Assembly (NCBI RefSeq): GCF_009914755.1
Contig: NC_060927.1
DNA from: the human T2T-CHM13v2.0 reference genome, Homo sapiens
Reading direction: 5' to 3' (one strand)
Length of the DNA stretch: 64,000 nucleotides
Shown: one piece after another, positions 1-14,626 of the stretch
Numbering within the stretch: position 1 is the first letter of the stretch
How the letters are laid out: each line of letters opens with the position of its first letter
The notes under the pieces: model-generated
Told to the model about the DNA's origin: nothing
The model's input: the letters and a program-made list of their open reading frames with translations, nothing else
The model's database searches: none
Made by a program: the position numbers and the translations under genes

Positions 1-334
1 CAGCTGATTTAGAGCTTTGTTCATCCCACATTTTCTGGGAAGGTCCTGATTTCAGATACTCCTTATTTTCTTCTTATGTAAATACATTTAGAAATGAGAA
101 TATCCTTTGGGCTTATTACGGTCTAGTAAATGTCATTAACCAATATTTTAGGTACTGTGGAGATACAAAAAAGATGAGATAGTGGAAAGATGTTGAGATT
201 GTAACCATTTACATAAAAATGGGAGGGTCATAGGAAAAAACTCCATAGAGCACTTACTGTCTGATAAAAGAGGGTATATAATTGATAAGTTTTACAATGT
301 TTGAAAGAAGATGCAAAGAAAATATTGAGTTCTC

Positions 335-500
335 ATATGTGGTAAACATTATGCTGAATATTGTCATATTCTCATTTATTTAAATTTCACATCACCCTCA
401 TTTTATAGTTGGGGTGACTGAATCTCAGAGAGTTTACATTGTTGAAGGTCATACAAAGCCAAAATTCAAATCCTAACTGTAAATCTTATTTTCTTTCTAT
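335..500 (+). mobile_element. MIR SINE fragment (degenerate)
   Basis: Contains a MIR core-like stretch: ctcattttatagttggggtgactgaatctcagagag...gaaggtcatac...attcaaatcc. Confidence 0.55.
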
Positions 501-1104
501 TAAATCATTATAAATGAATGGAAACCCTTAAAGGATATAATTCTTTCAAATTGACTGAATTGACACAAAATATTGGATATCTTTATTTAAATACTACAAC
601 TAAACTTAATAAAATATCACAGGCCGTATTTAGATCTTAAATTTATTCAGGTAGTAAGGGACCTTTGATATCCATAGTAATAGCATGAATAATTGAAGCC
701 ATCAAAGTAATAAGCCAATTTTGTTTAGTAATAATATATTAGAGTAGAATTTTACAGTTTTAAAGGGCACCATCATATCTGTTATCTTAGCATCTTAAAC
801 CTTTTATGAGGTCTACCAAATAATTGGTTTTGTTTCCTCTTGACCTTTGTAAAATGAAGAAAAACCATGCCTCTTTGAGTTCATAAACTGTGTTTTGCAT
901 ATTTACACACATACATCTTTTATCCTCCCACCAATTATTTGACCTGAGGTTGAACACTTAATGGATAAGTAGGTGGATAAAATGATAAGTAAAATAACAC
1001 ATTTAAAAAGGAGAAGCAGGAGACTTCAGGTGAATAGCTACCCATAAGTTGTTGAAAATAATCAATATTTATATTTATTGGCATCCAGTCAATAAATATA
1101 TATG

Positions 1105-1714
1105 AGCTAGTCTTGTTCTATCACCCAAGCTGGCATGCAGTGGTGTGATCATGGCTCGCCGAAGCCTCCACATCCTGGGCTCAAGTGGGGCTCAAGTGAT
1201 CCTTCCACCTCAGCCTCCCAAGTAGTTGGGACTACAGGTGTATGCCACCATGCGTGGCTAATTTTTTTTTTTTTTTCGAGATGGAGTCTCGCTCTGTCGC
1301 CCAGGCTGGAGTGCAGTGGCGCAATCTCGGCTCACTGCAAGCTCCGCCTCCCAGGTTCACGCCATTGACCTGCCTCAGCCTCCTGAGTAGCTGGGACTAC
1401 AGGCGCCCGCCACCATGCCTGGCTAATTTTTTTTTTTTTTTTTTTTTGTATTTTTAGTAGACACGGGGTTTCAGTATGTTGGCCAGGATGGTCTTGATCT
1501 CCTGACCTCATGATCCGCCCACCTCAGCCTCCCAAAGTTCTGGGATTACAGGCATGAGCCACTGTGCCCGGCCATGCCTGGCTAATTTTTTTAAAATTTT
1601 TTGTAGAGATGGGGGCCTTTCCATGTCGACCAAACTGTTGTTAAATTCCTGGGCTCAAACAGTCCTCCTGCCTCAGCCTCCCAGAGTGCTGGGCTTATAG
1701 CCACTGCACCTGAC
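1105..1714 (-). mobile_element. AluJ-like element interrupted in its middle A-rich linker by an AluY
   Basis: Right arm at ~1105-1261 and left arm at ~1574-1714. catgc(g/c)tggctaattttt is duplicated on both sides of the inner Alu. Confidence 0.85.
1262..1573 (-). mobile_element. AluY nested in AluJ
   Basis: Full dimer with AluY-type gcaagctccgcctcccaggttcacgccatt and a poly-T tail. Confidence 0.9.
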
Positions 1715-1943
1715 CAGTAAAGATATTTTGAGCTTTGAGTAGTACCTGGTTATTATCGGTTAAAAATGAAACATTTTATAAGTCTTTTGTTCTATTGAAA
1801 AACCACAGTGGAATATGTGTGTCTTCCCCAAGAATTATGACAAAGCATGTGGATCATTGCCTGGCATATAGTAGGTATTTGGTTATTTATTAAGTAAATT
1901 AAAAACCACAATGTAGACTTTCTGGACTTAAAAAGAAAAAAAT

Positions 1944-2159
1944 AGAGACGGAGTCATGCTGTGTGGCCAGGCTGGTCTCCTGAGCTCAAGGGTTCTTCTT
2001 GCCTCAGCCTCCCTAGTAGCTTGGGCTACATGTGTGTGTTAATATGCTCAGCTAATTTAAAAACGTTTTTTATTGTAGAGACAGAGTCTTGTTATGTTGC
2101 CCACGTTGGTCTTGAAATCCTAGACCCAAGCAGTCCTCCTGCCTCAGCTCCCAAAGTGC
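1944..2159 (-). mobile_element. Degenerate Alu monomer fragments (FLAM/AluJ-like)
   Basis: Two partial monomer matches (gagacggagtc...cctcagcctccc and gagacagagtcttg...cccaaagtgc). Confidence 0.7.
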
Positions 2160-2391
2160 CTTTCTGGGCTTTTTATTCTTTTTTGATTTTCTTCAGAAAG
2201 CCAGTTCCTAAATAATAAAAAAAGTAAAAGAATTTATTTATTCTCTTTTTATTCCAATTTATTAATTAATACTCAAATATTAATGTAAAACTAGGTTGGT
2301 TTCATATTGTTCTGGTACTGTATTGTCTTATTTTTTATTATCTGATATCTGAATCAGAAAATAACCTAGTTACATATTATTTAGTCTCTGA

Positions 2392-2677
<286 letters not shown>

Positions 2678-4023
2678 GTATTATTTTTTAAGTAGGAGTA
2701 TTTGGACCTAAACAGGCAGAATTCTTCAACAAAGTACAATGAAAGGCATTTCTTTGACAGTAGCCTGAATTTGGAGGCTCATTTGCAAAGGCACTTTCCA
2801 CTGCCACTCTACCCCAGAAATTGCTTATGAAATAATTCTGGCATTTACTCCTTCTTCCTCCCCTCCCCCTTTTATTAAAGAGACTAGCTTGTACAAAGTC
2901 ATTTGCAAATTCATTTGTGGTTCTCCATTTTGATTCAGATAGCAACTCTAAAGACTGAGTTATAAAAGTCTTTAGACTTTGCAGTTTAAAAGAACGATAA
3001 TATTACCATGTAAAAATTCTGATTAGCATAAAGCTTTAGAAAGTCCGTTGCGTATACCAAGCCAAGTGCATTTTTGTCTCCAATTCCCAATTCTAATCAA
3101 TTTCGTCCTCATTTTTCACTATTGCAAAAGTGTAGATCATGATGCCCATCTTTTTTGTAGTCGAGTACATTTTTTCTTCCATCAAAAAAGCAATTAGTGT
3201 CCTGATGTACTTCAGCTTCACACATTTCTGTAGATGATTTGATCAGGTTGTTGTCTTCACGACAGACATCTGATTGTTTTTGAATGTGGGAACACTCCTT
3301 AGACAACATGGCCAGAATTAACCCACATCCTCACTGGTGTTCCACACCTTCTCATATGTAGGAGAGGAATTTCTCTGTCATTTCCCTGAGACTGCACCTT
3401 AATTCTCTACTATAATCCTTGACTGAAGGAAAAGTTAGGCGATCAGGTGGAATTTTTAAATTGTTCCACAAAAAACTGAGTTCTGCTAGCTAAGTGGAAT
3501 GTTGAGAATTTAGAACATTCAGCACAATAAAATATAAACATTAAATTTGTATGGCATTAGAACCGCCTTTAGAATTTTTAGTGGAAGCGTTAGATCACAT
3601 GCATTTCACTTTAGTTAATTTCTGTAAATTCAACTATGTATAGTCTTCTTTACGAAAAGGAGAGAACATACTTGAGAAATATAATTTAAGAGTGCAAGTG
3701 AGAGTCATTCAGCCATTCCTTTTATTCTGATCAGTGAATGTGTGTCCCTGAGTGAGAGATGGAAGAAGTCCTTTTAGTTCTTGATTGCATTTCATAGTGT
3801 GAATAGCTCCCTTCCCTGACAGTGATTTTTAGTCTTTCCTAAACTTAGTCAGCTACTTCATCTGTTATTCAGCCGAATGAACAGTGAGTGATCTGTTGCA
3901 GTGCTAGAGGAACATTGGCTGTTTTGGCCTTATTGAAGAATACTTGACCGACTGATTTAAGAGCTATTCAAAGGTAATTTTGAGTATGCAATTTTTGCCT
4001 TTTGCAACTACCTTAGGACCTTA

Positions 4024-4324
<301 letters not shown>

Positions 4325-4692
4325 GAACCTAATTCTGGAGTAAGATATGACTTTACCATAATTTGTGAATTAAGGATTAACAAGGTCAGCAGAGCTGAAG
4401 CCAAGTGAAAGCATTTGAGAACAAATGACTGAAAAATACTGGATATATGGTAAGATATGTGTAGAAAAAGAACTCTTTAAGCAATTTTCATTAAAAGCTT
4501 CTTAGTATGTTTTCCAGATACTAAAAATTTTGGTCACTGGAAACAATTGGGAAGCAAAGAGATTGATTCAGGATAAACGTAGTTAAATTAGCCAAGATTA
4601 GGGATTCCAGTGACCTTGAAAATAAATGTGTAGATTAAAATTCAGGTTATTTTAATTTGATGGCTAAAATAAAATGTGTGTATTAACTCAGA

Positions 4693-4995
<303 letters not shown>

Positions 4996-5029
4996 AACAG
5001 AATTTTAAGAATACATATTCTTGAATGAT

Positions 5030-5310
5030 TGCAGAGTAGGTGGTAAGTTATATGCCAGACACTGATCTAAGTGGTTTGCCTGTCTTACCCCTTTAATCTA
5101 GGAGGGTAGATAGATGCTGTTCTGGGAGCTTTATGGATGCTAGTTCTCAGTAACTCTGAGTAAGGACTGTTGTTACCACAACCTTGCAGGTGAGAAACTG
5201 CAATATAGTCACAATTAGAAACTTGCCAAAGTCACAGCCATTAAGTAGATAAGCCATGATTCAGATCAAACCACCTGGCTCCATTTCCTGTACTATTAAC
5301 CTATCTTCTA
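5030..5310 (+). mobile_element. MIR SINE fragment
   Basis: gcaggtgagaaactg...acttgccaaagtcacagc...gattcagatc...ctggctcca. Confidence 0.6.
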
Positions 5311-5852
5311 CGCTGGTCTTTAATTCTCTTTTACATTATTATTGTCTCATCTGTAAAGGTTCAAATGCCTACTCCAGTTCCTTGAAGTGGCTGCTTTGAG
5401 GTTTCTGAGACCAGGTCTATACTCAGTAAAATTTTTCTGAATTTGTATTAGAGGTTGTTTTATGAACATGAGATTGGAAAAATGGTGGCATGAACTCACT
5501 TCTAACTTCATATCAAACTAGATCACCAGAAAACTATTTAGTCCTATATTTTAGTATTGTTTCCTCATATTCTGTCAATTTTTGTTAGATGCATTTGTAT
5601 GAAGAATATTTCTGCATCTGCGATGAAACTATTGAATGCATTGTCTCTTATGATACTCTGTTCCCTTTATAAGAATTAATGTGATAAATTATTCAAGAAT
5701 TTAGTTTCAGAGAAAAGTTTCTTTCCTTATGATATGGCATACTTCCTTCTATCAGTCATTAAGAATTATATATTCTGTTGAGTTTTTCTGTTTGCTTTGG
5801 CTGCAAGAAAGCTTGGAGTTATATGTCACTTCAATTATAGTAACTTTATTAG

Positions 5853-6180
<328 letters not shown>

Positions 6181-6774
6181 TGTGACAGGAGCTTTTAATT
6201 CATCGTGTGTGTATCAGCTTCAGGGAGCTGATGAACCCTTCTGAAATGATCAGTAAACTTGCTTGTGTGCAAGCTTGTGTGGGAATCTGGGGGAGCATCG
6301 TTAGCTTCTCTCAGATTTTCCATGACCTCCTCCCAACGCCCCCCTCAAAAAGATGAAGAACCGTTATTCTCTGGGTTGACTTTTCATTTTATGTTATAAT
6401 GGTCTAATTGTGTATCTCTTATTGTAAGCCTCTGGTAGTCTCTTTGGTGATAGTTGGGCTATTAATCATACATTTACATTCGAATCATCATCCAATTTCT
6501 CAGTTGTCAGAAAGTTAAAGAGCAGCCTCTCTGTAATTTTAAAAACATGCAGTCTTGGAAACTTAAGAAAGTTGTCGACATGTTCATGCAACCCATGTAC
6601 CTACTATGTTTGTTTTCTATGAAAGGAGCTTGTCTCTCTTAAATTACCTTAAATAAGTAATAGTAAATTATTTGTAAAGTGATTCATTATTAACTTCTGT
6701 TTAGAATTAACATATTCAAACCATAAAGCATGTATGCAAACAGTATTCCCATATCCTTTTTCTTTGTTTTTTAG

Positions 6775-6862
6775 GTAAGCAGAAAAAGTTATAAAATTAT
6801 AATAATCTCTCTCGACTATTTATGTATTAGGAGATCCAACTCTTCCAAAAAACATGGCTAGG
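6775..6862 (+). other. Candidate 88-nt exon beginning with GTAAG (recursive-splice-type site)
   Basis: Pyrimidine tract 6754-6772, AG at 6773-6774 directly followed by GTAAGC, and a downstream donor AGG|GTAAGG at 6863. Motif evidence only. Confidence 0.35.
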
Positions 6863-7512
6863 GTAAGGTTACCAGCAATGATTTGCTATACCCATACATT
6901 TATAGGCAAATGCTATACCATTAGAGGAAAATAAAGCCAGTGCTGCTAACCTCATCACTCAGATTAATTTCCACAGCTGTCATTTTAACAGTGTTATTAT
7001 AGGTCTTCAAATGAAAATTATGTTAACAGGTACTCCACATAAATGTGCTGTAATCCAAGGGGGCACATGTATTATATTTTTGATTGTAGTAAGCTTTTTG
7101 GCCTAATTGACTATTTCTCTGCAACAAAAAAATTAGTTAAACTGGAAAAGCATAATAAAGCTATATGCTCTTTACTAGGTGATATCTTGGTGGTTTAAAT
7201 TTACAAGTTGTGTATACATACATATTTTCCTGTTGAAGACTTGATGACTGACTGAAAATGTACCAGGGTGTCATCACCATAAAAGTTGTTGCATCTATGA
7301 ACTATACAGCAGTGTGTATGATGGTGTGAGTTATAATAAACTATTCATTAGTTTTTTGCTGCATAGTTTTAGGATGCTGTAACAGTGATCTTGAGGACTA
7401 TGACTTAAAAAAATGAATAACACTATCATTCAGCTTGCTACTCTGCAGACAATGTGTATGAAAAAGAATTTGTGTGATTTAACCTCAGACATTAAAATTG
7501 GTTTGCCAGTAA

Positions 7513-7986
<474 letters not shown>

Positions 7987-8239
7987 TAATGGCTGCTGTT
8001 TTCTAAATTTTATCTTTTAATAAAGAATATGTAAGAAGCATTTATTGAATGCTTAGCATGTGAAAGATACTGAAATAGGTTCTTTGGAGGCATGCAGAGA
8101 TGACATATTCCTTACCTGTGGTTTAAGGGTTAAATATAAAAGAAAATAAAACTAGGAGAAAACAGATTTGGAGGCTGACTTCTAGAAATGTTAGAAGAAA
8201 TTATAAAGAAAATAATAATCGATTTGACTAGATAAAATT

Positions 8240-9000
8240 ACACACTAAAATGCTTTTAAAAAGTATGTCTTTGGTGAAGAGGGAGGAAAAGAAAATACTC
8301 CACAAAAAGCAAACAACAAACTGGAAAAATGTATTCACAGTGAGACAGGCAGAGAATGACAAACCAGTAAAAATACCCATGATGACTGTGATAGGTAAAT
8401 GGGCATAGTACACAAACTGTTCACAAAGGAGGAAATATGGTTAGTAAACAGGCATGTGGGATATGTGTTCAGCCTTGTTAGTAATCTAGGAAATGAGACT
8501 TAAAACAAGAAATTGTACATAGTGCTGCTGAAACTACTACCATTGCTACTGGACTGTGAAAGGTATAATTCTAAATTGAAAGCACATTGGTACTGTGCTT
8601 CAGTAGCAACAAAAATGTTAGTTCATAATCTTTAATTCAGTAATTTCATATAAGGGGCTCTAGCTTATGGAAAATGATAAAAAATATGGACTGTTACCTG
8701 TAACAATGAAAATGTGGAAGTGAACAATATTATGTGAAGAGAAATAGCTGAGTAAATTAGGATTAGTCCATTCATTGGATGGTTATATATCCAATAAAAA
8801 TAAATAGGCAAGGTATATAGTAGTATGAAAAGATGCATATGAAAGGACTAGATTATATGTAAATTGTGATTATGAGTTTATAAAGTATAAATATGAAAAA
8901 TCCCTAGAAAAAGATAATTTATAATCCTTGTGCTACAGTAATGAGTTGCAGGTGATCTTTCTTCTGACCTCTCTCAAATAGGGTATATTAATTTTAAAAT
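8240..9000 (+). mobile_element. Ancient L1M (L1ME-like) 3' fragment
   Basis: Degenerate matches to late ORF2/3' motifs (acaaactggaaaaatgtattcac, ttcacaaaggaggaaatat, gtgttcagccttgttagtaatc). Confidence 0.55.
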
Positions 9001-9084
9001 TTAAATTTAGATTTGTGATTTTAAGAAAATTTAGTTCTAGCTCTCAAGGAACTGCCAGTCTAATAGGATAGAACTACACTAAAA

Positions 9085-9920
9085 AGAAATGTGCTATTGA
9101 CATGAAAGAGACATAACCACATGTTCTGAGAGTACCCTCAAATATAGTTTTGTATTTTATGGAGTGCTTATAAAGTCTCCAGGCATATATCTGGTGGTGG
9201 GAATGAATTAAGATGAATAACTGGGTCCTTGCTCCAAGAGACCTCTGCTTTAGTTGAAGAGACTCATTTTTGCATCTAATTAGACCCTGATACCAATCAC
9301 ACTTTATTAAATATGCCAACTGATGCTTACATCAAGAATGACTTGAAAGCATGGGGAAGAGGTAATTTTGACCAAGGGATGCTGGGTTAATCCTGGGTTT
9401 AGGGAACATCTGGTTGCCCAGTTTCTGGAAGTGTGCGTAGGTATTTGTGGGGCAGTAATAGGAGAGTCCAGTAGCCGGTGTTTAAGAAGCTGGTCCAGGC
9501 TAGTTTGTGCAAGTTCCTAGAAATACAGAGATGAAAAAGCCTGTGTTCTCAAGGGACATGTTGACCAGTGTGGGAGCTAATAATTAACTAAAAATCCAGT
9601 ACATTGGCTTAAATTTGTATGTTAAGGTATATCTGGCTTCATTGAAATTCCTATTCACAAAATTCTCATTCAAGATATTGTGTTGTTCTAATGGAAATTA
9701 TAGGATACTGTGGGATTATATGGAAAGGGTTTGGGGGTGTTTGATCCTGGCTGGGGAGGAGTAGCCAAGAAGGACTTGCTATAGGAGGCCACAGTGAGCT
9801 GGGTTTTCAAAGATAAGTAGAAATTAGAAGAGAGAATGGATGTGAGGGGAAGAGGAAGCTGGAAAGGCAGGGTGTGGCCAGATAATTCTTAAGGTCCTTG
9901 TATAATCTTAAAGGGATTTA
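9085..9920. mobile_element. L2 LINE fragments
   Basis: L2-like motifs (gcttataaagtctccaggcatatatctggtg; cctgtgttctcaaggg...tgagctgggttttcaaagataagtag). Confidence 0.45.
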
Positions 9921-10118
9921 GGAACTCAGCTTCTTTAAGGCTTTTTTTTTCCCCCCTTATGTCTCATGATATGTTAGTAAGCATATGGCCATGTTTAGAA
10001 GAAAGTAATGAAAAGGATAAGCCAGTGCTGCATAAGTGGTTTCTGAAGGCATATAACCTGGCCATCTTAAGAACAGTTCGTTGAGAAATTGCTGAGATCA
10101 GTTTAAGGAGTAACTTCC

Positions 10119-10431
10119 TTTTTTTTTTTTTTTTTTTTTTTTTGAGACAGGGCCTCACTATGTTGCCCAGGCTGGAGTGCAGTGGCGTGATCACAGCTCA
10201 CTATAATCTCCTCCCATGCTCAAGCGACCCTCCCACATCAGCCTCCTAGGTAGATGGGACTACAGGCACACACCACTGTGCCCCGCTAATTTTTGTAGTT
10301 TTTTTTTTTTTTGGTAACGATAGGGTTTTGCCATATTGCGCAGGCTGGTCTCGAACTCCTCAGCTCAAGCGATCCGTGTTCCTCAGCCTCCCAAAGTGCT
10401 GGGATTACAGGCGTGAGCTACCATGCCAGGA
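10119..10431 (-). mobile_element. AluJ
   Basis: Full dimer, long poly-T, TSD aaggagtaa. Confidence 0.9.
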
Positions 10432-10855
10432 CAAGGAGTAATATTTATTTGACTGTTTTATTAACATCAGGCACTTAAAATAACGCAGTGTAGAAGAGAA
10501 GTAAAAGATACAGGCTTACTATTTATTAATGATTTGCTGTGTCAACAGAGAGCAAACATTTAGGGATTTAGTGAGGCAGCTCAAAGGGGATTGAGAAATA
10601 AAGTTGTAGAGTCAAAGTAGAGAGAAAAAGGGCATTTCCAGATAATTGACACTGATCTAGGTGGGAAGTGATCAGTCTAAGCTCTCTCTTTTTTCTATTT
10701 TACAGAAGTATGAGCTTCTGAACATTTTGCCTTTTATCACATATGGTACCTCTGTCTTGATTTTCAGCAGATTTAGCAAAAATCTAAACTATTTTACTAT
10801 TGGATACATATCACAGTATCTGGGAATAATCATACTCTCCAGCAAAGCAGCTTCT

Positions 10856-11029
10856 GGCCATGTGCAGTGGTGCATACCTGTAGTTCTAGCTACCCTGGAG
10901 GCTGAGGCAGGAGGATTGCTTGAACCCAGGAGTTTGAGGCTGTGGTAAGCAATGATTTTGCCTGTGAATAGCCACTGCAGTTCAGCCTGGGCAACACGGC
11001 AAGACTCTGCCTCTAAAAATAAATAAAAG
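10856..11029 (+). mobile_element. FAM/FRAM free Alu monomer
   Basis: Single monomer containing gcctgtgaatagccactgca; TSD aaagcagcttct/aagacagcttct. Confidence 0.8.
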
Positions 11030-12571
11030 ACAGCTTCTGAGAGTATTTATTAGTAAACTTGCTTTCCCAAAACAGCTTTTGAGTTTAGTTCTGGAGACAG
11101 CACTGTGCTGCCTATCATAGACCACTATAAAGAGATCATTCTGTTTTCCTGCTCTTTAGAATAAAGCTAGCATATGAGTTGCAACCACCTAATTTTTCTT
11201 TCGTTCTTAATTTCTGGTTACAGAGTTCTTTTTGGGATACACATGCTTTTTAGTGCATTATGGGAAAGACTTCACTGAAGTTAATAGGATTGTATTTATA
11301 GTCTCATCATGATATTTCTAATTAAAATGATGATTGTTTATTTTAGCCATTTGTACATCTAAGTAAAATATTGTTACTGCCTTGTCATATTTGAATACTT
11401 GGGAATTTATAGAACTGTTTTTATTAGCCTTTTAAAGGATACTCCGTAACAAAGTATACGTGTGTGTATTTTCATTATATAAACTAAAACTTTTGCATTG
11501 TAATTTTTGACAAAAAAAACTGTAGCTTCAAACTATATTCTTTGAGCAGTATGATTTTTAATTAAGAACATTAAAGTTCTTAGTTATAAATTTTAAAAAG
11601 CAATGAAAGTGATTTGTTGAGGTTATGGTTAATTTCTTTGAAAGCAATTAATAAAATCCCTTTGAAATTAGGATTTATATATTTTCATAATTCTTAAGAC
11701 TAAGGTCAGTAGCATGCTGTATTTTCTCTTCTGAATTCTTTCTACATTTTAACACAGTGCGTTACATATTTGATTTTTAATCTTTCACGTGGGAGCTTTA
11801 TCTACTTATCTCTAAGGCCTGCATGCGTCCTTGCTCTCACACACGCACATATAAAATCACTTTGTCCTTATTACTGTCCATTCCATTTTCTTCTCCCTGA
11901 GGTTGCCAGAAAGGCCTCTGGTCTAGCTTGAGTAATATGCAGTCTGTTTCAGTTCTTCCTAACCTGCCTGCATGTTTTGATGGAACACCAGGCACTTATG
12001 TAAGAATAGAAGCCTATTTATTTAGGTCGTGTGAACCACGAAGGAACTGGCACCAACATATTCATTTCTCCCCTTTGCTACTTCAGGTCTTGAGAAGAGT
12101 GTGCTTTTATGGACCATGTATTCTTTTCTCTGGATGGATGTAGCTTGTGGGAGAAGCTATTGTAATAAGTTCTTCTGAACCACAGCTCTTCTGTGTGGGT
12201 CTTCATCTTTCAGGAGACTCCAAACCTGAACTGTAATGGTTTCATGTTATCATCTAAATGGAATGGATGTAATGACACCCAGAGCACATGGCTCAGGCTA
12301 AGATCTTTCTTGGTAATCTTTCTCTATCCAGCTCTTCATCAGAGCAGGACTAGCTCTTCACTGGTTCCTTGACTCCAGGACTGTGAAACCAGGAAATGAA
12401 CTTTCCTTCTTATATTTCTGCTTCTGCCTAAGGGCCAATTTCATAAGTGGAGGTCTGCAACAAAATAGATGTACTTAAGCAAGATGAAGCTCCATTGCTT
12501 TATCTTGCTTAAGACGGGTTTAATAGGAATTTCTTCTGGCTGTTTCCCGTGCCCCCCCCCCCCCCCCCCAC

Positions 12572-12709
12572 TTTTTTTTTTTTTTTTTTTTTTTAAGATA
12601 TTAGAGTCTCATGAGGCCCAGACTGGACTCTAATTCCTAGGCACAAGTGATCCTCCCACCTCAGCCTCCGTAGTAGCTGGGACTATAGGCACAGGCCACC
12701 ATGGCTGGT
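12572..12709 (-). mobile_element. Alu monomer (FLAM/FRAM-like) with long T tail
   Basis: agagtctc...gatcctcccacctcagcctcc...gctgggactataggc; preceded by a C18 run at 12552-12569. Confidence 0.75.
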
Positions 12710-13651
12710 TTTACTTTTTTTTTGGTTCATGGTACATTTGAAACCAAAACATACCCAATATCTAGTCATATTAAAATTACTTTTATCTCTCTCTCTCTTA
12801 ATTTGGAGAAAATAGTATTTTGTGGGAAAATTTATAGTATATAGGCTGGCATTTGCTTTACTCTCACAATCCTATAGGATTATAAAATTAGAATTTTATG
12901 AAATATCCTATACTTGGTGTAATTCCTTATTTTCTGTATTTTTGCTTTTCTTTCATTTAGATCTCTTTCGTCTATTCCTCTACTATCATTAAAAAATTAT
13001 CTTCCTAGGAGAGGTGATTATTGGAAATGGATTAAAAAAAGGTTAATGAGAAGAGATGACAATACATATGTAACTATGTGATTGGCTCTGTAAAGTATGA
13101 ATAATTATACTAATAATGGTGGTTAAGCCTAGCATAGGAATGGGATTGGAATGCTAGCAGGATGGAATGGCAACTAAATATGCAAGATGAGACCATGTTA
13201 TTGAGCACACCGAAGGTAAGATCAAGAATTTACATTGGATTAGAGAGGCAAAACAGTCGATTCCTCACAAGGGGAGCAAAGATGGTGACTAGCAGATATT
13301 TTCGGTAGGACAAAAAGGGAGAGCGATGTCACCAGAAGTTGAGAGTAGAAAAAGAGAAAGGATGAGTCATGGTATTGGAAATAGTTTTGATGGAAGTCAT
13401 GTTAATAGTGATAGTAAAGAGAAGAAAAACAATTTAAACATGTTCGTATCAACGGACTTTAGTATGGCCTGTTGAAAAAAGTCACCTAACCTACTGCTTT
13501 TGAATGCATTGATTTTAAGTAGTTTGCCTTTGTATATCAGTTTTGTTAATAACAACGACAGTAAAATGAGCTGTCTACCCAAAATTTAGATTATTATGTT
13601 GATTATAACAAACATCTTTATTTTGGTAATGAGCTTATAAAAATGAATCTA

Positions 13652-14067
<416 letters not shown>

Positions 14068-14490
14068 TTATTTCTTTAAGATAACCAATTTTATACAGGT
14101 GAATTCTTTTAAAATTGAACATTGTAGTGGAAAAGACGTCACAAGTCACTTTAGGGTATGGAAAAGTGTGGAACAGGGGCATAAATATTACCAACCAGCA
14201 CTTCTGCGGGCAGTCTTCCCACATCCAGTGAGGCCCCCTAAATCACTGTCTACTTCCTTGTATATGTGTGTGTGCGTTTGTGCACATGCATGCATACATG
14301 TGTTCATGGCCATGAACTAGGAGTTATCCCAAGTGTAGCTGTGCTCGCTAAGTCTTATATTTAAGTTATCTTTTGGGCATGGTTTGGCAAGAGGTTAGGT
14401 TTTTTTCCCTTTTCTGTAAATATTTAGTGAAAGCACTCCATTGTTTGCTACTGAATTTTTTTCTTATTTTTAAAAAAGTATTGTTTGAAA

Positions 14491-14626
14491 ACCTTACATG
14501 ATGGCTTGCATCTGTAATTCCAGCTACTTAGGAGATTGAGGCAGGAAGATCACTATGGCACACATATACCTGTGTAACAAACCTACATGTTCTGCACATG
14601 TATCCTGGAACTTTAAAAAAAAAAAA
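14491..14626 (+). mobile_element. Chimera: 7SL/Alu 5' head joined to an L1PA 3' terminus with poly-A
   Basis: Alu-head motif to ~14553, then atggcacacatatacctgtgtaacaaacctacatgttctgcacatgtatcctggaacttt and A12. Confidence 0.75.

Noticed and set aside
2688-3309. Minus-strand ORFs of 85 and 66 aa in unique sequence as a processed pseudogene
   Set aside because: No recognisable protein similarity, poly-A tail or TSD. A tBLASTx search would be needed to exclude an ancient relic.
6751-6760. ATATCCTTT as a U12-type (AT-AC) 5' splice site
   Set aside because: The motif is perfect, but I found no convincing U12 branch point with an AC acceptor and no recognisable upstream exon. It also serves as the start of the pyrimidine tract.
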